DNA of 64,000 bases, taken from the human T2T-CHM13v2.0 reference genome, Homo sapiens. The DNA lies in NCBI RefSeq assembly GCF_009914755.1, contig NC_060925.1. One strand, given 5' to 3'. The translations under genes and the position numbers were made by a program. A model generated the notes under the pieces. It was given only the letters and a program-made list of their open reading frames with translations, was not told the DNA's origin and did no database searches. This document shows, piece after piece, positions 51,887 through 64,000 of the stretch; the first letter of the stretch is position 1, and every line of letters starts with the position of its first letter.

Positions 51887-53491
51887 AGGTTCAAGCAATT
51901 CTCCTGCCTCAGCCTCCTGAGTAGCTGGGATTACAGGTGTGTGCCACCATGCCTGGCTTTTTTATTTTTTATTTTTTGGAGATGGAGTCTCACTCTGTTG
52001 CCCAAGTTGGAGTGCAGTGGTGCGATCTCGGCTCACTGAAACCTCTGCCACCTGGGTTCAAGCGATTCTCCTGCCTCAGACTCCCGAGTAGCTGGGATTC
52101 CAGGCATCTGCCACTGCATCTGGCTAATTTTTGTATTTTTAGTAGAGATGGGGTTTCACCATCTCGGTCAGGCTGGTCTTGAACTCCTGACCTCGTGATC
52201 CACCCACCTCGAACTCCCAAAGTTCTAGGATTACAGGCGTGAGACATCGCACCTGGCCTCAGCTAATTTTTTGTATTTTTAGTAGAAACGGGGTTTCACC
52301 ATGTTAGCCAGGCTGGTCTCAACCTCTTGACCTCAGGTGATCTGCCTGCCTCAGCCTCCCGAAGTGCTGGGATTACAGGCGTGAGCCACTGCGCCTGGCT
52401 GTATATTTCTATTTTTTGTAGAGAGGGGGTCTTGTTATGTTGAACTTTTGGGCTCAAGCACATCCTCCTGCCTCAGCCTCCCGAAGTGTTGGTATTACAG
52501 GCATCAGTCACCATGCCTGGCTTCCTCCAAGGTTTCTAAAGGACAAAATTCAAGCTTCTTGCAAAGAAAAAGAGGTAATTTAGTCAAAGCTGTGAATGCT
52601 GAGACCTAAGGTTTCCATGCAGCTTATCCAATTCACAGAAAATAAATATCATTTATTTCTTTAGTTGTCTTAATCCTAAGGCTCAAAGTAACCCCTCTCA
52701 CACCTAAGGGACATGAAGGCACTTCAAGCATTCTGGAATTAAGAGCCAAAGCTGAGGTCTGCTGCTTCACTGAGCAGCTGTATGACGCTGGCTCCCAGTT
52801 TCTTCATTTTTTATGTAGCTGTAACAACAGTAATAACCACTGACAGGGTGGTTGGGGCATTCAATGACATAAGGCATGTGAAGTATTCAGCCCAGAGCCT
52901 AGGGTAAACATATAGGTATGGATATAGAGAGAAGTATGTCCACACCACAGTTCCATGACCTGGTGCCCCTGGATATTATCTTCCTTATAAGGTTATCACA
53001 AGAAGTTCCCAGAGGACAGGGACTTTGTTTATTCCTCTTTGACAGTAACTGGCATAGGGGCATGGCCCCCTAAACTCATGTATAAAGGTGTACGTCACTT
53101 TTAGCAAATCACAGGCATAAGCCACAACACCTGGCCCAATATTTCTTTGAAAACAGAATGTCTGAAACCTTCTGCTAACAATTTATGTTATTAGTATTTG
53201 AAAGTGACACTGGCCAGATGTGGTGGCTCATTCCTGTAATCTCAGCACTTTGGGAGGCCAAGACGGGAAGACTGCTTGAGCCCAGGAGTTCAAGACCAGT
53301 GTAGGCATAATAGTGAGACTGCATTGTTACTAGAAATAAAAATATTAGCTGGGCGGGAGTGGTGGGTCACGCCTGTAATCCCAGCACTTCGGGAGGCCAA
53401 AGTGGGCGGATCACCTGAAGTCAGGAGCTCAAGACCAGTCTGGCCAACATGGTGAAACCTGGTGTCTACTAAAAATATAAAAAATTAGTCA

Positions 53492-54329
<838 letters not shown>

Positions 54330-54415
54330 TCAGGTGGTGGAGGTTGCAGACAAAGGTTATTCTCTACGAATTGAACTTTACAGTCAACAAAAAGTAGATA
54401 AAGTGTGCAAAGTCA

Positions 54416-54901
<486 letters not shown>

Positions 54902-55032
54902 TCAAAAATAAATAAAGAAAGAAATAATAAAGACAGTAGCTACCACACATGAATACATACATGTATGTGTGTCTATTTATGTAACTACGTATACCTATAT
55001 GCGTTATGTGTGTATACATATATCTTATATAA

Positions 55033-55341
<309 letters not shown>

Positions 55342-55433
55342 TAATCTTAATATAATAGCAACAACAATCATTTAGTGAATGAAATGTAGTAAATGCATGG
55401 TCAAAGCAACATTGTGCAAAGCATTCTATGTAA

Positions 55434-55685
<252 letters not shown>

Positions 55686-55749
55686 TGACCCGCCCACCTT
55701 GGCCTCCCAAAGTGCTGGGATTACAGGCGTGAGCCACCGTGTCTGGCCC

Positions 55750-55925
55750 CAATTCACATTTGTTATGCAACCATCAGCATCATCCATCTCCAGAACTCCC
55801 AAATTGAGGATATCCATCTTCCCAAACTGAAACTCTATATCCATTAAACAACTCCCTGTACCCCCTTCCCCTTAGCCCCTGGTAATCACCATTCTACTTA
55901 TTCTACTTTCTGTCTCTATGAATTT
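55750..55925 (-). mobile_element. L1MB-type LINE 3' end fragment
   Basis: catccatctccagaact...atcttcccaaactgaaactctatatccattaaacaactccc...cccctggtaatcaccattctac. Confidence 0.7.
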
Positions 55926-56579
55926 GTGTTGTGGGGGATTATTTTTTTTTTCTTTTTTTTGGGACGGAGTCTCTGTCACCCAGGCTGGAATGCAGTGGCA
56001 AGATCTTGGCTCACTGCGACCTCCACCCCACCAGGTTCAAGTGATTCTCCTGCCTCAGACTCCCGAGTAGCTAGGATTACAGGTACCTGCCACCACACCC
56101 AGGTAATTTTTGTATTTCTAGTAGAGACAGGGTTTCACCATCTTGGCCAGGCTGGTCTTGAACTCATGATCCACCTGCCTCGGCCTCACAAAGTGCTCGG
56201 ATTACAGGCGTGAGCCACTGCGCCTGGCCGATTTGTTTTTTAATTATGTATGTATTTACTTATTTATTTATTTAGAGACAGGGTCTTACTCTGTCACTCA
56301 GGCTAGAGTGCAGTGGCATGATAGCTCACTGCAGCCTTGACCTCCCAGGCTCAAGTGATCCTCCTGTCTTAGCTTCCTGAGTAGCTGGGACTACAGGTGC
56401 ACTCCACCATGCCTGGCTAATTTTTTAAATCTTTTTTAAATCTTTTAAATCTTTTGTAACACAGTGAGGTCTCACTGTGTTAACCAGGCTAGTCTTGAAC
56501 TCCTGGGCTGAAGCGATCCTCCTGCCTCAGCTTCCCAAAATGCTGGAGTTACAGGTGTGAGCCACCATGCCAGGCCACT

Positions 56580-57945
<1,366 letters not shown>

Positions 57946-58122
57946 ATCTGTCCTTTTCTCTAGATACCAGCAACATTACCTGAAGTGTGTTATTTACTTT
58001 ACCTAGACTACCAATGCCTCCCCAAGGCAACAGCTTCTTGACACTGTGAAGAAAGTCTTTCAATAATTAGTCATGGGCTGATCTGCACCGAATCTCATTC
58101 ATTTGGCCTGTCTCTATAGTTA

Positions 58123-58302
<180 letters not shown>

Positions 58303-58406
58303 TTAGGAGGCTGAGGCAGGAGAATCGCTTGAACCCAGGAGGTAGAGGTTGCTGAGATGGCATCACTGCACTCTAACCTGGGTGACAGTGAGACTCGATC
58401 AAAAAA

Positions 58407-58556
58407 ATATATATATATATATTTATATATATAAAGTATTATACATAAAGTATATACAAATATATATAAAAATTATATATAAATATATATAAATTATATA
58501 TAAATATATATACACACATAAATATATACATATATATACATATATATAACACATAG
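58407..58556. repeat. (TA)n-rich simple repeat grown from an Alu tail
   Basis: atatatatat...aaatatatata runs directly after an Alu 3' end. Confidence 0.9.
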
Positions 58557-59208
58557 TTATAGACTGATCTCTTTCTTTTAATCACATCGTATCCAATGCA
58601 GAGGGCTGCTTATTCATTTCCAAGTGATTATGGTCATCACTGTTAGCTGAGTATCTCCCAGAAAAACTCAAACTCAAATTTAGTGTCTGTTAAGTAGAAA
58701 AGGAGACTATAAAATTGTATGTATATTACGATTATAAACTTTGGAAAAAATGCATAAATAGGCTAAAACTCTAAGGGAACACTGAGGAACAGTTTTATTT
58801 GCATGGTGAAGACATAACAGTACCTACATTGACTAGATCCTACTTTGTGCAGGCCCTGTGCCAGTCACTTTACAGACATGGTCTATAATTCTCACGATTA
58901 TTCTGTAAGGAGGATATTATGATCCTCACTTTACAAATGAGGAAACAGACTCTAAGAGATACTAGGTAGGAAAAATAGGCTGATACAACTAGAAAGTGGC
59001 AGAATCTGGTTTCAAACCCATGCCTGGGCTCATTCTCCCTACCACAGATGGATTTCTCTTTTCTATTTGGTGCTGTTATTGAATTAATACATAAATCCCA
59101 GTGCCCAAAAGTCTGGTTCTGGCATGAAGGTTCCTCTGACTACACTTTCCCTGGCAGTCCTGAAGAAGCAGTTGAATCCATACTTCAGGGAGAAACAAGA
59201 CCACATAC

Positions 59209-59323
59209 CTAAATGCAGCTGGACATCTTTCACCTCCAGGGTGCTAGACTTGCGATGCCGCGCAAGCTGACAGGCTGCTGTCACCACACTCTCGATAAAA
59301 TCATCAGCAATCTGCAGCAGCAT
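59209..59323 (-). CDS. TAF12: TAF12 coding exon, histone fold ([38 protein letters not shown])
   Basis: ccccag acceptor and G|gtatgt donor. Lies within ORF 59084..59323. Confidence 0.97.
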
Positions 59324-59982
59324 CTGGGGAAGGTAAAGTGGGAAGAGTCAGCACGACATTGGCAGGGTAGGCTCCTGTTGCTGGGACAACTGCTTTCAGC
59401 TTGGATTGCATATTTAGTCAGGCATTCTAGTAGAAGGCTGGAATCAGCATTTGGGCTAAGGTGGGGAAGAGGAATGAGAAGGACAAAAGAAATGTTACCC
59501 AGGTTGAGTGCAACTCACACCTTTCTGAGCATATACTTTCTACCCAGCAGTGATCAACTATCCCAATCCCTACCCTCCATATCTTTATTTATTAGTGGGA
59601 AAATAAAAGTGAATCATTTCAATTCCTCACTCACAGTATCTTAAAAGCACTTTTGTTTCCATTATCTCACTTAGTCCTTACAATAATCCTGTGAAGAAAA
59701 TGGGACATGGATTTTATTCATTCCATAGAGGATTTCACAGACTCAGAGAGACTAATTTGTTCATGGCCATGTAAGTAGAAAGCAGAAGGCCAGGTACAAT
59801 GGCTCATGCCTGTAATCTCAGCACTTTGGGAAGCCGAGTTGGGAGGATCACTTGAGGTCAGAAGTTCGAGACCAGCCCAACAATATTGCAAGAGCCCCAT
59901 CTGTATTTAAAAATAAATAGGCCGGGCGTGGTGGCTCACGCCTGTAATCCCAGCACTTTGGGAGGCTGAGGCAGGTGAATCA

Positions 59983-60718
<736 letters not shown>

Positions 60719-61339
60719 TCACTATCAATTATTATTGGACTGTGTGAAGAGAAGGATGAGAATTCTGAAGATAAAAATCTACGAGGCCAGGAGCAGTGGC
60801 TCACTCCTATAATCCCACCACTTCGGGAGGCCGAGGCAGATGGTTTGATTGAGCTCTGGAGTTCGAGACTAGCCTGGGCAACATGGATGGCAAAACCCTG
60901 TCTCTACAAAACATACAGAAATTAGCTGGGCTTGGTGGCATGCACTTGTAGTCCCAGTTACTTGGGAGGCTGAAGTGGGACGCCTGCTTGAGTCCAGTTA
61001 GTCGAGACTACAGTGAGCTGTGATCATGGCACGGCACTCCAGCCTAGGTGACAGACACCTTGTCTCAAAAATAAATAAATAAATAAATATATATATATGC
61101 ACGCACATGAAAAAACTGAGATTTTTATCAGTCAATATAGTCCCCATGGCAGCTTCTGCTGACAAACAAAAACAAACTAAAATTACAACCATAGATACAA
61201 AATTCCTTGTTCTGGTGGACCATTAACTCATTGTCATCTTTACTGTGGGAACCAAATGGACACCATCTTAGAGAAAGATTTCAGATTAAACAGCAGATCA
61301 ACTCTAAAAATAACCTCCTGTCCCTCCCTAATCCCATTA

Positions 61340-61531
<192 letters not shown>

Positions 61532-61534
61532 TCA

Positions 61535-61765
<231 letters not shown>

Positions 61766-61825
61766 TTAGGGAATCTTCCATTAGGAAGGTTGACTTGTGG
61801 ACAAATTACTCTGAAGTAAAGTCTT

Positions 61826-62008
61826 GTGGTCTGCTAGAGTGAACCGAGACCAGCTCATAAAAGCCAACTGTGTACCTCTTTTCCCAAGTTTGTATTTAGT
61901 GATGTCATGTTGGTAGAAATAGTTACACCACAGAAATAATAAAGCACTGCAAATCGGGCATTTTTCTCCAAAGAGCTAGTTGTTAAACATTTACCCATAT
62001 ATTACTGG
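61826..62008 (+). mobile_element. MER63A-like hAT DNA transposon fossil
   Basis: agccaactgtgtacctcttttccca...gtcatgttggtag...gagctagttgttaaacatttacc...actgg resembles MER63. Confidence 0.65.
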
Positions 62009-62214
62009 GCCAAATCCATCAATTATACTTCAAATCAGCTTTTCAGTGAGTGATTCTTTAAGAATGAATAGCCAGGGTCGGGCATAGTGGCTCAGACCTA
62101 TAATCCCAGCACTGTGGGAGGCTGAGGTGGACAGATCACTTGAGGTCAGAAGTTTGAGACCAGCCTGGCCAACATGGTAAAACTTTGTTACTACTAAAAA
62201 TACGAAATTAGTCA

Positions 62215-62427
<213 letters not shown>

Positions 62428-62791
62428 TCATGCCTGTAATCCCAGCACTTTGGGAGGCCGAGGTGGGTGAATCACCTGAGGTCAGGAGTCCGAGACCAGC
62501 CTGGCCAACATGGCAAAACCCCATCTCTACTAAAAAATACAAAAATTAGCCAGGTGTGGTGGCACATGCCTATAATCCCAGCTACTTGGGAGGCTGAGGC
62601 AGGAGAATCACTTGAACCCCCGGGATGCAGAGGTTGCGGTAAGCTGAGATCCTGCCACTATACTCCAGCCTGGGCAACAGAGCAAGACTGTCTCAAAAAA
62701 ATAAATAAATAAATAAATAAAAGTTATATGGCACACATTGAGTAGTGTAAAAAATTCTCATCTACCATAATAGGGAATCAACAGAATCTTA

Positions 62792-63104
<313 letters not shown>

Positions 63105-63913
63105 TTAATGGGTCAAAGAGTATCTTTTTAAGTATATTACTTAGAAATATAGAAGAATGTTACAGAAACAGCTAAAATTGTTGAAAGTGATTGCCTGTGA
63201 GCAACAGACTATGCCGTTTTTAACAGGCAAAAGTAGCAGCAGTTATTGGGTATAAAGCAAATTCAGATTTGTCTGTGCTCTTATTTTATTTATTTATTGC
63301 AGTGGTACAATCTTGGCTTACTGCAACCTCGGCCTTCTGGGTTTAAGAACACTTCAACCTCCCTAGTAGCTGGAACTACAGGTACACACCACCACGCTCA
63401 GCTAATTTTTTTTCTTTTTTTTTTTTTGAGATGGAGTCTTGCTCTGTCGCCTAGGCTGGAGTGCAGTGGCATGGTCTCGGCTCACTGCACTCCGCCTCCC
63501 AGGTTCACTTCATTCTCCTGCCTCAGCCTCCCGAGTAGCTGGGACTACAGGCGCCCGCCACCATGCCCGGCTAATTTTGTTTTTTGTATTTTTAGTAGAG
63601 ACGGGGTTTCACTGTGTTAGCCAGGATGGTCTTGATCTCCTGACCTTGTGATCCGCCCACCTCGACCTCCCAAAGTGCTGGGATTACAGGAGTGAGCCAC
63701 CACACCTGGCACTCAGCTAATTGTTTAATTTTTTGCAGAGACAAGGTCTCATTATATGGCCTAGGCTGGTCTTGAACCTCTGGGTTCCAGCAATCCTCCT
63801 GCTTTGGTCTCTCAAAAGGCATGAGCCACTGCATCTGGCCTGTTTGTGCTCTTAACCACTATGCTATACCGGTTCTCAGGGACCAGTTTCTGGGGTACCC
63901 AACCCCACCTTAC

Positions 63914-63991
63914 CTCCTCCACATCTTCATCCAACTGCTCATTAGGATCCACTTCTCTTACTAAGTCCTGTAATTTCTTCTTGGTCAATAC
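63914..63991 (-). CDS. TAF12: TAF12 coding exon (VLTKKKLQDLVREVDPNEQLDEDVEE); upstream exons off-window
   Basis: tttag acceptor and GAG|gtaagg donor. 78 nt, in frame with the exon at 59323. Confidence 0.95.
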
Positions 63992-64000
63992 CTAAAGTTA

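Overview
Human (primate) genomic DNA, very Alu-dense. From recognised sequences this is the 1p35.3 TRNAU1AP-SNHG12-RAB42-TAF12 interval. It holds seven coding exons of TRNAU1AP/SECp43 (+, 5' end off-window) and the 5'TOP snoRNA host SNHG12 (-) with SNORA16A, SNORA44, SNORA61 and SNORD99. It also holds the complete two-exon RAB42 CDS (+) and the last four coding exons of TAF12 (-). Between SNHG12 and RAB42 are an LTR7 solo LTR nested in an Alu and a deleted HERV-E/HERV15-type provirus. Highlights: (1) a decayed second Rab39/42-family terminal exon at 47762-48181 that still ends in CLC-stop, probably a lost tandem paralog; (2) a 41-bp mitochondrial ND1 fragment captured inside an Alu in a TAF12 intron; (3) GG>AG (APOBEC3G-type) hypermutation across the ERV env, with two internal proviral deletions; (4) a candidate MIR-derived poison exon in TRNAU1AP. 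Almost all other ORFs in the track are Alu-derived artefacts. Gene and repeat names come from recognition, not database searches.
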